From an uncultured Acidobacteriaceae bacterium (GTDB lineage: Bacteria > Acidobacteriota > Terriglobia > Terriglobales > Acidobacteriaceae), in contig CAWIZK010000003.1 of NCBI GenBank assembly GCA_963840555.1, positions 11,779-75,778 of the forward strand: a DNA stretch of 64,000 bases. The letters run 5' to 3'. This document shows, piece after piece, positions 44,943 to 54,863 of the stretch; the first letter of the stretch is position 1, and the number at the start of each line of letters is the position of its first letter. The position numbers and the translations under genes are program-made. The notes under the pieces were generated by a model, which was not told where the DNA came from, ran no database searches, and saw only the letters and a program-made list of their open reading frames with translations.

Positions 44943-45947
44943 CTATTGCGCGCGCTTTTGCAACGTCTGGCACTCGCTGTGGAGCTTGGCGTCGTGGGTG
45001 AGGCCGTCGACAGTCATGCACTCATCGAACGCGGTCTTGGGATCGGAGTCTTTGAGCAGGGTGTACAGCATCATGTGAGGCGCGACCCAATCGGGCGCGA
45101 GTCTGGTGGCGGCGACGAGTTCGAGAACTGCAGAAGCTTTTTCTCCGTTGTTTTGCAGAGCGATCGCCAGGTTGTAGCGAACCTTGGCGTCGTTCGGCTT
45201 CAGGCGCACCGCCTCTTTGTATTCGAGGATGGCGTCGCTGGTCTTTCCCGTGACGTCGAGCGCGGTCGCCAAGTTCATGTGCGCGTCGGCGTTAGTCGGC
45301 TGCAGCTCGACGGCGATGCGGTAATGCTCAATGGCTTGCGAATAGAGCTTGCTGGCGTAGAGGAGGTTAGCGAGATTGTTGTGCGCGATCGCCAGCTTAG
45401 GATTCAAGCGAATCGCCTGCAAATACTCGGCGGCTGCGGCCTTCGAGTCTCCGTTCTTCTTCAACGCATAACCGAGATCGTTGCGCGCGTTGGCGTCGTT
45501 GGGTTTGAGCATCACAACCTGGCGCAGGTTGGCGACGGCGCCCGTGTAATCTCCGCCATTCATCAAAAGGTTGGAGAGGCGCGACAGCGCGTCGAGGTAA
45601 TCGGGATACTCCTTGAGCGCGGCTCGATACTCGATGATGGCGTTGGCATAGTCCGTCTGTTTTTCGGCTTGGCGTCCGGCATGGTAATGGCGCTCGGCGG
45701 CCGCGGGAATGACGGGCGCGACCGGGGCTTCGCCCTGTTTCGGAGCTTGTGCCGGCGCCGAACTCGCAGGAGTCGGAACTCCGGAGTTGGAAGGCGCCGT
45801 CTGCGGCATTTGCGGCGCTGCCGGCGCGGTCGTCTGCGGCTGAGGGTTGGCCGGTAGTTGCTGGTTGCTCGACGTTTGCGCGAGTGAAAGTGCAGCAGCA
45901 AAAACGATGGACGAGAAGACAAGAGCGAAGCTGCGAACGACCGTCAT
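44943..45947 (-). CDS. secreted TPR-repeat protein with Pro/Gln/Ala-rich linker
   Basis: Signal peptide, low-complexity PQ-rich stretch, then about 6 TPRs (YANAIIEYRAALKEYPDYLDAL...). Confidence 0.75.
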   Translation of the reverse strand: MTVVRSFALVFSSIVFAAALSLAQTSSNQQLPANPQPQTTAPAAPQMPQTAPSNSGVPTPASSAPAQAPKQGEAPVAPVIPAAAERHYHAGRQAEKQTDYANAIIEYRAALKEYPDYLDALSRLSNLLMNGGDYTGAVANLRQVVMLKPNDANARNDLGYALKKNGDSKAAAAEYLQAIRLNPKLAIAHNNLANLLYASKLYSQAIEHYRIAVELQPTNADAHMNLATALDVTGKTSDAILEYKEAVRLKPNDAKVRYNLAIALQNNGEKASAVLELVAATRLAPDWVAPHMMLYTLLKDSDPKTAFDECMTVDGLTHDAKLHSECQTLQKRAQ

Positions 45948-46051
45948 AGCTGGAATAGCTTGAGTATAACGGCTGCGGGAGTTCCCGGTGATGAGGCAAC
46001 GGCGAATTCATCGCCAAGTCATAGAAGCCCGAAACCGACCCGGTGTTCTGC

Positions 46052-48691
46052 TCACTTCGTGGGAAATTGTAGAGTGACAGTGCGTGACTTATAAGCCCCG
46101 GCCGCTCCAACAGGGAAAGAGACTTCGAGCGCGACACCGGAAGCGGGCTTGATGATCTTTGCACCTTGCACGACGATGCCGCTAGGCGCATTGAAGAGCG
46201 GCAGCGTGTAAGTCATGCCATTCACTCCCGCGAGCTGAAGCACCAACTTGTCGTGCGCAGCGTTCCATTGCTCGGCAACGATCTTGAGGCCCGAGCTGGC
46301 GGTTCCGTCGACGGGAACCGAGATCGGATAGCCAATCGCAAAGTTGCCGCTGACGTGCAGATGAATCGTCGTCTTGTCGGCGGTGATCGGCGCGGAAATA
46401 GCGGAGTGCTGATCGCTGCCGTTCGTGGAAATCTTGGGCGCCACCTTGCTGCCGTTCACGTCCGCGGCAAGAAGGTGGGCACGAGAACTTAGCGCGGGCG
46501 AAAACTCGAGTTCAACCTTACCATCGCCCTGACGGACCACATCCAGCGTGATGTCATCTCCCACAACGTGGTACAGCAAGTCCAACCGTACTCCGGCCAC
46601 CTTTATTGCACTGATCGAGAACTCACTCCATCCGGCGGGAACGTGCGGCGCAAACGTCACCGTTCCTTCGAGCGCGTTTACTTCAAGTCCCATCATCCCG
46701 CGCAGAAGCGGGCTTATCACCATGGCCGAAGACCATATCTGGTGCGGCGTGCTGGTGGAAAGCTGCGTGTAGAAATCTCCCGATAGCACCTCTGTCGTGC
46801 GGCCCGGCGAGCCGGTCTGCGCCAACTGCGCGTTGGCCATCAAATTCTCATAGCCATAGGGAACGCGATGATAGCGATATCCGGCGACTGACGCCCATCC
46901 CGTGAACAACGGCCACACGCTTCCGAAGTGGTAACCCGTCGGCGAGTAAAGTGGGTCCTGGTTCGAAAGAATGCGCGGGCCCCAGTCGGTCTGGTGGTCG
47001 GGCGCGGCGATCGTGTTCAGGAACAATTCGCTCTTGGCTGTGTCAGTCAGGCCGAACCACATGGGCACGGTGCCGAGCACGCTTGGTTTGTCGATGCGCT
47101 TCCCCTGCATGTCAACGGCGTAGGCGTAATAGTTGTTTTCCGGCGACCAGAACGTCTTTTCCATCGTCGTGCGCTGGGCCGCGGCCTCGCTGTCGAGTTG
47201 CTGCGCAACATCGTTCTTGCTGACGGCGCGGGCGACCGAGGCCAGCGCTTCGACTCCTGCGATGCCGACCCCCGCCTGGTAGAACTCGCCTGAGATCGGT
47301 ATCAACGGCGGGTTCTGGGGCTGCGCCATATCCGAGGGTTGCGGGCGCAGCGGTCCCCCTTCTATCCATCCGTGGCCGATGTTGAGGTTCTGCGACAATC
47401 CGCTCGCCGAGTACGTGGACTTCAGGAACTGGTAGGCGTGCCACAGGCTGTCCCAGTGATCGCGGGCGAAGGCGACGTCTCCGGAAGCGCGCACGTAATC
47501 GGCAAAGCCCACGAGATACAGCGGCGTACCATCAGCGGATGCTGTGCCGTATGGATAGTCTTTCCACCAGTCGACAAGTTTCACGGATTGCGCAATCTCG
47601 TGCGGAATTCGCCCGTCGGGACGCTGGTACTGCATCAGAAATTCGAGCGCCGTGCGCGCGGTGGTGTAGTCGCCGATGGAATCAAGCGCGAGAGCAGTCC
47701 ACATCGAGTCGCGTCCGAAATACCAACTGAATCCAGGCCGGTGCGAGCCGCTGGAAATGTTATAACCCGCGACCAGGCCTTTGCCAGCATAAGGCTCATC
47801 CACCAGGCCCTGCACCGTGCTGATGCGCGCCCAATCGTACGAGAGTTGCAGTTTATGGTCAGGCAGCGTGAGCTGAACTGTGCTGTCGAGGTAATGCGTA
47901 TAAAAATCGCGAGCTTGCTGCATCAACGATCCATCGTCGGCCAGCAGTTTGCTATAGAGCGCATCGGCCTGTTTCTGGTTCTCGAACGAGCCGGTCATCA
48001 CGAACCGATAAACTTTGTGCCCCTTGATTGCTGGGCCGAACGAGAACTCGTCGACATGTCCCGCCGAATAGTTGGCGCTGTAGGTGGTGGTAACGACGGA
48101 GGCCCCGGTAGCTCCGGCAATTGCGAAGAAGGCGTGACGGTCGTTGCTGAATCGGAAGGCGGCGAGGGCAGGGTCCCACTGGCTGTAGCCGTCGCCGAGG
48201 CCTGCTGGCCACATCCACGCGACGTCCGGAGTGAACGAGGCTTCGACAGAGACTGGGGCGGCGGAATTGACTTCGACTTCTACAATCGCAGCTCGCTGGT
48301 CGATGGGCACAAACCAGGTGGCGCATGCGGTAAACGAATCGTAGATGTACTTCACAGACGAAGATTCGGGTCGCACCGTGATGGTTCGCGGGATGGCTTC
48401 TCCCGAGAGGACCACGTCACCGACCCGAAACTTCAGCTCGAAGTCACGAAACAGCTTGAGCGGGTAAATCCACGCCTCGAAGCTGCCGTCTTCGCGCCCG
48501 AGTATCCCCGCGTGCGGGCCGACAGCGTCGAGAAACTGCCAGTCGCGCGCGGCGCGGCGAGACCGCGGTGCCCCCGAACGGCGCTGGGCTTCGCGGCCCA
48601 TGGTAAGCGGTCCGGTGTTGTCGCACGGAGATTGGGCCAGCAGCGATGTCGCAACCACGACCAGGCAGAAGACTAAGTTCTTGGCACGCAT
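46052..48691 (-). CDS. secreted six-hairpin glycosidase-like protein (amylo-alpha-1,6-glucosidase/GDE-like)
   Basis: The ATG at 48691 gives the signal peptide MRAKNLVFCLVVVATSLLAQS. FSWYFGRDSMWTALAL...QRPDGRIPHE resembles the GDE_C/(alpha/alpha)6 family. Confidence 0.65.
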   Translation of the reverse strand: MRAKNLVFCLVVVATSLLAQSPCDNTGPLTMGREAQRRSGAPRSRRAARDWQFLDAVGPHAGILGREDGSFEAWIYPLKLFRDFELKFRVGDVVLSGEAIPRTITVRPESSSVKYIYDSFTACATWFVPIDQRAAIVEVEVNSAAPVSVEASFTPDVAWMWPAGLGDGYSQWDPALAAFRFSNDRHAFFAIAGATGASVVTTTYSANYSAGHVDEFSFGPAIKGHKVYRFVMTGSFENQKQADALYSKLLADDGSLMQQARDFYTHYLDSTVQLTLPDHKLQLSYDWARISTVQGLVDEPYAGKGLVAGYNISSGSHRPGFSWYFGRDSMWTALALDSIGDYTTARTALEFLMQYQRPDGRIPHEIAQSVKLVDWWKDYPYGTASADGTPLYLVGFADYVRASGDVAFARDHWDSLWHAYQFLKSTYSASGLSQNLNIGHGWIEGGPLRPQPSDMAQPQNPPLIPISGEFYQAGVGIAGVEALASVARAVSKNDVAQQLDSEAAAQRTTMEKTFWSPENNYYAYAVDMQGKRIDKPSVLGTVPMWFGLTDTAKSELFLNTIAAPDHQTDWGPRILSNQDPLYSPTGYHFGSVWPLFTGWASVAGYRYHRVPYGYENLMANAQLAQTGSPGRTTEVLSGDFYTQLSTSTPHQIWSSAMVISPLLRGMMGLEVNALEGTVTFAPHVPAGWSEFSISAIKVAGVRLDLLYHVVGDDITLDVVRQGDGKVELEFSPALSSRAHLLAADVNGSKVAPKISTNGSDQHSAISAPITADKTTIHLHVSGNFAIGYPISVPVDGTASSGLKIVAEQWNAAHDKLVLQLAGVNGMTYTLPLFNAPSGIVVQGAKIIKPASGVALEVSFPVGAAGAYKSRTVTLQFPTK

Positions 48692-48838
48692 GGGCGAGTC
48701 GAATGGTAGCAGTGGCTGGTGGTTAGTGGCTAGTGCCTGGAAAAGGCAGTCTCGCGCTGAGAGAAGAACGGAAGCCGCCATGTCGAGCTCGAGGCTCCCG
48801 TTCTCTGCGCGTCCGACTCTCTTTCGAATCCTGTCGGC

Positions 48839-51800
48839 CTAGTTCACTGTAACGTTGATGGTGGCCGTTTGCGTCATGCCGCCGCCGGTGCCGGTGATGG
48901 TGACGTTTCCGGTGATAGGCGTTACGCCGCCGCCACCACCGCCTCCGCTGCTACCGCCGCCGCACGACAGAGCACCCAATAAAAGCCCAAGCGCGAGCAG
49001 TGTCAGCAAGACTTTTTTCACCCGGCTCAAGCGTGTGAGTGCGTCGCGTTTGCGCCGGCTGGCCGTCGCGGGTGCAGCCAGAAATACAAAGCCCAGCGAG
49101 AATACATAACTGGCATAGATGCCCATTCCGCGATGCTGGAAAGGCAAGGGCGGGCGAACGTCACGCGAGAGCACCGCGCCGCGCAGCGTTACCAGCACGG
49201 ATCCGCTGCCTCCAGTTATGGTCGAAGGGGGGCCGATGGTGCATGTGGTCGTGCCGAGCGAACTTGGCACGCTGCACGAGAGAGCGACGTCAGAATTAAA
49301 TCCGCCGACTGCCGCCACCGTGAGGTTGTCGGTAATTACGCCCCCGCTCGGGATCGCGACCGCGGGGCTGGCCACCGTCATCGTGAAGCTGGGCGCGACA
49401 GCGTTCACCGTCACCGGAATTGTCAGCGAGTGGGTCTGGCCGCCGCCCGTCGCCGTGAGGATTACTGAGCCACTAGTTGCAGACGACGTCGCACTTACCG
49501 TGAGTGTACTGGGGGTCCCAGGAGTCACAGCAGTGGGGCTCGTCGAACAGCTTAGTCCAGTGCCAGTGACTTGGGTGCAAGAGAGTGTCACGCTGCTGGT
49601 GAATCCTTGTATGGGAGTTACGGTGATGGTGTCATTCGTACTGCCGCCCGAACTCACTGTCTCCGTACTATTTCCCGACGTAATAGAGAAGTCAGGCGCA
49701 TTGATGGCGACATTCACAACGACGGAGTTGGTTGTGCTGCCACTCGTTCCCGTCACGGTGACCGTGCCGCTCTGCGACGATTGGCTCGAACCCACCTGAA
49801 TCGTAAGGTTGGCTGAACCGCCGGCAGCCACGCTTGGGTTATCAAAGCTGCAAGTTGCGCCCGTCAGCGACGCTGTAGCACACATCAGCGCCACGGTTCC
49901 CGTGAATCCTTCCTTCGGAGTCACCGTCAGAGCCACAACGGCGTTGCCACTGGGGACGATCGTCTCGTACCGCGATACCGGCAGCACTAGAAAATGCGCA
50001 TTCGGCGTGCCGTTGATCGCATCGATCAGCGCCGTCGCATCCACCGAACCCAATCCGGTGACCTGATCGTAGCCCACGCCGGCGGAGTAACCCATGGAGC
50101 CGCCGTTGGCGGGGCAGCCGGTGTCGGGGTTGGCGGTGGTCGGAGCCGCGCACGCAACAATGTTGTCGCCCGTCGTGATGTCATTGAACGCCCACGAGGT
50201 TGGTGTCACCAGCGGGTAAGTATTGGATGCGATCTGGTAAAGCGCCGCATCGGGGTTGCCTAGTGTTGCCTTACCGGCGTTCATGAGCGCCTGGTTAGTC
50301 AGCGCCAGAATTCCTGCGAACTGTGGAGTGCCGATCGATGTTCCGCCGATCACGTCGAAGGTAGTGTCGGTATTGCGGTAACCGTTGACGCAACTGGACT
50401 GCGAACAGATGACGGTGAAGTCGTGCGACGCCGATGCGTTAAGCGAAATGTCGGGCACGTAGCGGGCCTTTGACGGATTCGGGACACCGGGTCCGGTCTG
50501 CCACGACTGCGCCGGAAATATAACGCTGGCCCCACCGCCCGTTGCAGTGGGCGACCCGGTGGTCTGACCGCTGGAGTCATTCCACGCCGTTTCGGGGATG
50601 TAAGAGAAAGCGGAAGCAACCGTGTCGGTGGTAGACCCAGCCCAATATTGCGTGGGTTGAGAAGGCACAGTGGGGTTCGTGGTGTCGCCGGTAAGAGTCG
50701 TTCCGCCGACAGAAGTCGAGTAAGGCATACTGCCGGGGAAATCGACCGACAAACCCATGGTTGCCGGTAGGCTGGTGTCGCAATCAGCAGCGCCGTTGTC
50801 ACCCGCGGCTACGACAATGGCCTGGCCTTGAGTGTTCGCTTTCTGTCCTGCATTTGTTAGCAGCGATTGGGTACTGGAGTCTACCGTGGCCTCGCAGGTT
50901 CCGTAGCTCACGCTGATGACTTGCGCCTTGTCGGCATTCACCGCATCCACGAGCGACTGAAAGGCACCGCCACTATTGCTGTTTTCTATGTAATAGATGA
51001 GATCTGCATTTGGGGCAGCAGCGCCGGCCCATTCAAGGTCGAGATTCGCTTCGTCAACATCTCCAGAAACAATACCCGGGTCCGATCCATTTACGACAGT
51101 CAGATTCACCGGGGGGAGACCGGCCAGGGTGCGAAAGGTCACGATGTCGTACTGCTGTTGTTGCCCATTCACCACCGCCCCGGGGGTGCCGGTGCGGCCC
51201 GGATTGCTGTCGGTGGACAGGTCGGATTGCCCGACTACGGCGATCGTCTGACCCGTTCCGTCGATGCCTGGCTGAAAAATTCCGTTCACATAGTCAGGCA
51301 GGTTGTAGATGGTGCCGAAGTCCCCCGGCACGACGAAATGGTTTCCGGTAATGGACGAGGTGACGCGCGGTCGCGGCTTCACATTGAGCGGCCGCGGTGC
51401 GAAGTTGTGCAGTCCGGTGACGCCGGTAATCACTCCGCTGAATGCGTCGGGAACCGCTACATCAGCTGAGGCTGCGTAATGCGTCACTCCATTCACCAAG
51501 TAGTTATGGATGGGCGCGCGAAAGGCTGCCTCCACCTGCGCTGCGATGCCGCTGAATGTGATCCAATCGCGACCACGGGCGACTTCCTCGACTTTGAAAC
51601 CCTGCGCGGTCAGCCATGCCGACACAGTGTCCACGTCGGCTTGCGCCAGTCCGAAGCGGTCGCCGAATTCCTCGGGCGTGAGCCACTTGTGATAGTTGGC
51701 CGAAGCCGGGTCTTGCTGCTCGGCCAGCAACTGGTCGAGATCGGCCTGCTGGGCGGCGCTGCGCGAGAACACAACCGTCATGCGCTCCAGAGGCATCGTG

Positions 51801-51970
51801 GCCGCCACCGGGCCTCGATCGACCCCGGCGCGGGCGCGCGGCGACATCGTTCCCTCCAGCCTTACGGCGCTGGCGTTGTTAATGGGCCGCACGATGCGGC
51901 GCTGTTCGGGTTGCTGGGCAAAGGCGAACGAGGCAGACAGAACGATGGCGAAAGCAAATTTGAGTTGCAT
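48839..51970 (-). CDS. S53 (sedolisin/kumamolisin-like) serine peptidase with C-terminal Ig-like repeats and TM/Gly-rich tail
   Basis: The N-terminal pro-kumamolisin-type propeptide region includes HKWLTPEEFGDRFG. Active-site GGTSIGTPQFAG. Repeated ~90-aa Thr/Ser/Gly-rich modules, then a TM segment and a GGGSSGGGGGGG tail. Confidence 0.8.
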   Translation of the reverse strand: MQLKFAFAIVLSASFAFAQQPEQRRIVRPINNASAVRLEGTMSPRARAGVDRGPVAATMPLERMTVVFSRSAAQQADLDQLLAEQQDPASANYHKWLTPEEFGDRFGLAQADVDTVSAWLTAQGFKVEEVARGRDWITFSGIAAQVEAAFRAPIHNYLVNGVTHYAASADVAVPDAFSGVITGVTGLHNFAPRPLNVKPRPRVTSSITGNHFVVPGDFGTIYNLPDYVNGIFQPGIDGTGQTIAVVGQSDLSTDSNPGRTGTPGAVVNGQQQQYDIVTFRTLAGLPPVNLTVVNGSDPGIVSGDVDEANLDLEWAGAAAPNADLIYYIENSNSGGAFQSLVDAVNADKAQVISVSYGTCEATVDSSTQSLLTNAGQKANTQGQAIVVAAGDNGAADCDTSLPATMGLSVDFPGSMPYSTSVGGTTLTGDTTNPTVPSQPTQYWAGSTTDTVASAFSYIPETAWNDSSGQTTGSPTATGGGASVIFPAQSWQTGPGVPNPSKARYVPDISLNASASHDFTVICSQSSCVNGYRNTDTTFDVIGGTSIGTPQFAGILALTNQALMNAGKATLGNPDAALYQIASNTYPLVTPTSWAFNDITTGDNIVACAAPTTANPDTGCPANGGSMGYSAGVGYDQVTGLGSVDATALIDAINGTPNAHFLVLPVSRYETIVPSGNAVVALTVTPKEGFTGTVALMCATASLTGATCSFDNPSVAAGGSANLTIQVGSSQSSQSGTVTVTGTSGSTTNSVVVNVAINAPDFSITSGNSTETVSSGGSTNDTITVTPIQGFTSSVTLSCTQVTGTGLSCSTSPTAVTPGTPSTLTVSATSSATSGSVILTATGGGQTHSLTIPVTVNAVAPSFTMTVASPAVAIPSGGVITDNLTVAAVGGFNSDVALSCSVPSSLGTTTCTIGPPSTITGGSGSVLVTLRGAVLSRDVRPPLPFQHRGMGIYASYVFSLGFVFLAAPATASRRKRDALTRLSRVKKVLLTLLALGLLLGALSCGGGSSGGGGGGGVTPITGNVTITGTGGGMTQTATINVTVN

Positions 51971-52142
51971 GCGGTTTCCGTTGGGTTGCCGAATCAGGAT
52001 ACAAGTCGTGGGCGCTGAATAGCTACTTTAGTAGAAACGCGAATCCGAGCCTCGAGTTTCGCGGCAACGCCAGCTCGGCCACGAATTTCCACGAATTCGG
52101 GGCCGCCAAATCAGCAAACGAAACCTGTGCCAGCGCTGCCCC

Positions 52143-52652
52143 TTATGCCTTCAGGCTCTCTTTCAGCTTCTTCGACTTCGCTTCCACCCCCTTGGCGAGC
52201 TTTTCCTTATGCTCGTCGAGCTTCTTCGCAACGCCAGTGTCGTGCAGGCCGATGATCTGTGCCGCGAGGATTCCCGCATTGGTCGCTCCCGGTTTGCCGA
52301 TGGCGACCGTCGCGACCGGTATCCCTGCGGGCATCTGCACCATCGCAAGTAGGGAATCGAGTCCGAGCAGCGCGGTCGAAGGAATGGGCACGGCGATGAC
52401 CGGCAGCGTGGTCTCTGCCGCGATGACACCTGCGAGATGCGCGGCCCCGCCAGCTCCGGCGATCACGACCTCAACGCCGCGTGCCTTGAGCCCGCGCGAG
52501 TACTCGCTGGTGCGCGCCGGTGAGCGATGCGCCGACGTAATGTCGATTTCGTAAGGAATGTTGAACTCGGCCAGCGCCTTGCCGGCCTCATTCATGATGT
52601 CGAGGTCCGAGTCGCTGCCCATAACGATAGAGACAAGAGGTTTGTTAGTCAT
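52143..52652 (-). CDS. purE: 5-(carboxyamino)imidazole ribonucleotide mutase
   Basis: VSIVMGSDSDLDIM...SAHRSP...AGGAAHLAGV. ATG at 52652; the track GTG is at 52661. Confidence 0.9.
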   Translation of the reverse strand: MTNKPLVSIVMGSDSDLDIMNEAGKALAEFNIPYEIDITSAHRSPARTSEYSRGLKARGVEVVIAGAGGAAHLAGVIAAETTLPVIAVPIPSTALLGLDSLLAMVQMPAGIPVATVAIGKPGATNAGILAAQIIGLHDTGVAKKLDEHKEKLAKGVEAKSKKLKESLKA

Positions 52653-52674
52653 AGTTGACACCTATTTTACTTGG

Positions 52675-53379
52675 TCAGGGCTTTTTCGCCGACTCTACGA
52701 ATTGAGCCTGCGCACAGCCTCCATTTTCAACCACAACGTTCTCAGGATTCTCATAGCTTATGTCAGCGCCCGTAAAAGTCCTGCCTGGTGTCAGCGCCCG
52801 AACCTGATATTTGCCCGGGGTAACGCGCATTTCGAATCGCCCAACTGCGTCGGTTTCTGCCGTGATGACACCGCCCGGTCCCGTAGCTTCCACCTGCACG
52901 CCCTCGATAGGAGACAAATAAGATGTCCCACCCACCGCACCCTGAATCATTCCACGGTTGGAGGTGCTGTCTAGCATGTCAACTTGATCGAGGGCCGACT
53001 GTTTACTGGCTGTAGGGCCGGAATTGCCACAACCGTCGATCAGCCACGCACCGCTGAGATTTTCTTCACGCAGGAATAAGAGGTAGGACGCGCCAGTCTT
53101 CCAGTCGAATGTTGCTCGGCCGCTGTCGTTACCTTCGTACACTCGAAACAGCCGGGGAGCCTGACCGCGAAACGACTGCTCGACGGTCATCGAATAGTGG
53201 GTTCCGAGAATATCGCCGTAGCTGTCCTTGAGCGGTGTAATCCCCGCGAGTTTCGCGATCACTACGGCTTTGCTGTGGAAGTATTCGGCACATACCAGTC
53301 GCGGTTGCGGCAGGTTGCAAACGGCGCTAGCCTGACCCGCCAACACCGCCAACATCAGGATCGTCGTACAGGTTCGCAT
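52675..53379 (-). CDS. secreted protein with carboxypeptidase-regulatory-like C-terminal domain
   Basis: Signal peptide. The C-terminus GVQVEATGPGGVITAETDAVGRFEMRVTPGKYQV is typical of the CarboxypepD_reg fold. Confidence 0.55.
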   Translation of the reverse strand: MRTCTTILMLAVLAGQASAVCNLPQPRLVCAEYFHSKAVVIAKLAGITPLKDSYGDILGTHYSMTVEQSFRGQAPRLFRVYEGNDSGRATFDWKTGASYLLFLREENLSGAWLIDGCGNSGPTASKQSALDQVDMLDSTSNRGMIQGAVGGTSYLSPIEGVQVEATGPGGVITAETDAVGRFEMRVTPGKYQVRALTPGRTFTGADISYENPENVVVENGGCAQAQFVESAKKP

Positions 53380-53382
53380 GTG

Positions 53383-54672
53383 CTAGGAATTGTTCTCGCG
53401 CAGATGTTTCAGCCCACGCGCGGCAATATCTTTCCGGTAGTGCATGCCGTCGAAGCGAATCTTCATCACCGCATCGTAGGCGCGTTCCACCGCCTGCGGC
53501 AGATCGCTGCCACGCGCGGTCACGCCCAGCACCCGTCCACCTGACGTGTAGTAAGCGCCGTCGCGGCGCGTTGTTCCGGCGTGAAACACTTTCACTCCGA
53601 ACAGACGGTCAGCATCTTCGATGCCGCTAATGGGCGTACCCACTTCAAAGGCGCCGGGGTATCCGCCCGACGACATGACAACGCACACCGCCGGGTCGGG
53701 CGTCCAGCGGAAGTCGCCTTCGCTCACACGGCCTGCGATCGAAGCCTCAATGGCATCAAGCAGGTCGCTCTCCATCCGCATCATGATGGGCTGAGTCTCA
53801 GGATCGCCGAAGCGGCAATTGAACTCCAGCACCATCGGTCCGCGCGCGGTCATCATGATGCCGCAATAGAGAATGCCCTTGTACTCGGCGCCTTCCGCCT
53901 TCATGCCCGCGACAACCGGTTTGGCCACGTGTGTCACCAGCCAGTCGCGCATCTGCGCATCGATAATTTGGTCGGTGGAATACGCGCCCATGCCTCCGGT
54001 ATTGGGGCCCTGGTCGCCGTCGAAGATGCGCTTGTGGTCTTGCGTGGCGACCAGTGGCACAACCCGCTCACCGTCGCTCATCACCAAAAACGACATCTCC
54101 TCGCCGTCAAGAAATTCCTCCAACACCACGCGGGCGCCGGCTTCGCCCAGCATCTTGCCGCTCAGCATTTCTTCAGCGACGTGCAGGGCTTCGTCTTTGG
54201 TCTGCGCGATCACCACGCCCTTCCCGGCGGCGAGTCCATCGGCCTTGACGACAATGGGTGTATGAAACAGTGCCAGCGCCGGTTTCAGTTCTTCCTTCTT
54301 TGTGCAGATGGCGTAGTGCGCCGTAGGAATACGGTGGCGCTGCATGAATTCCTTGGCGAAGCTCTTGCTCGCCTCAAGTTGCGCGGCGGCGCGTGTGGGC
54401 CCAAAAATCGGCCAGCCGCGACGCTGAAACTCGTCCACCACCCCTAACGTGAGAGGCATTTCCGGGCCGACCACGGTGATATCGGGGTTCAACTTATTGG
54501 CAAGCTGCACGATGGAGTCAAGGCTTTTAAGGTCGACGGCCACACACTCGGCGTCGGCGGAGATGCCTCCACTGCCCGGCGCGCAATACAGCTTATGGAT
54601 GCGCGGCGACTGCCGCAGCTTCCATACAATCGCGTGTTCGCGACCACCACTACCGAGGACGAGGACTTTCAT
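53383..54672 (-). CDS. purD: phosphoribosylamine--glycine ligase
   Basis: MKVLVLGSGGREHAIVWKL with an ATP-grasp core. 429 aa. Confidence 0.9.
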   Translation of the reverse strand: MKVLVLGSGGREHAIVWKLRQSPRIHKLYCAPGSGGISADAECVAVDLKSLDSIVQLANKLNPDITVVGPEMPLTLGVVDEFQRRGWPIFGPTRAAAQLEASKSFAKEFMQRHRIPTAHYAICTKKEELKPALALFHTPIVVKADGLAAGKGVVIAQTKDEALHVAEEMLSGKMLGEAGARVVLEEFLDGEEMSFLVMSDGERVVPLVATQDHKRIFDGDQGPNTGGMGAYSTDQIIDAQMRDWLVTHVAKPVVAGMKAEGAEYKGILYCGIMMTARGPMVLEFNCRFGDPETQPIMMRMESDLLDAIEASIAGRVSEGDFRWTPDPAVCVVMSSGGYPGAFEVGTPISGIEDADRLFGVKVFHAGTTRRDGAYYTSGGRVLGVTARGSDLPQAVERAYDAVMKIRFDGMHYRKDIAARGLKHLRENNS

Positions 54673-54696
54673 AAAGGGAATGCCGTCTTTGCGTCA

Positions 54697-54766
54697 GGGC
54701 ATGACTTTAGTCGTGCCGCTAAGCGCCTTAATTTCAATCCGCCGAGCGGACTTTAGTCCGCGAGGC
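54697..54766 (+). repeat. GACTTTAGTC-containing intergenic repeat pair
   Basis: gggcatgactttagtcgtgccgctaagcg ... gagcggactttagtccgcgaggc. Two related units lie between purD and mntH. Confidence 0.55.
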
Positions 54767-54863
54767 TTTAACTCTCTACGCAACCATTCGAAAGGAAAGA
54801 GTAGGGTTGCAGCGCGGCGCGTGTCAAACCATGGCACGTGCGACATAGAATAAGAACTATCGC

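Noticed and set aside
47339-48676. 445-aa plus-strand ORF
   Set aside because: It is antisense to the glycosidase-like gene, which has clear family motifs and a signal peptide. Its composition is Arg/Gly/Val-rich and non-protein-like.
54673-54863. Possible Mn2+ riboswitch or other leader upstream of mntH
   Set aside because: The region is largely explained by two copies of a GACTTTAGTC-type interspersed repeat. I recognise no riboswitch consensus by eye, though a covariance-model scan would be needed to exclude one.
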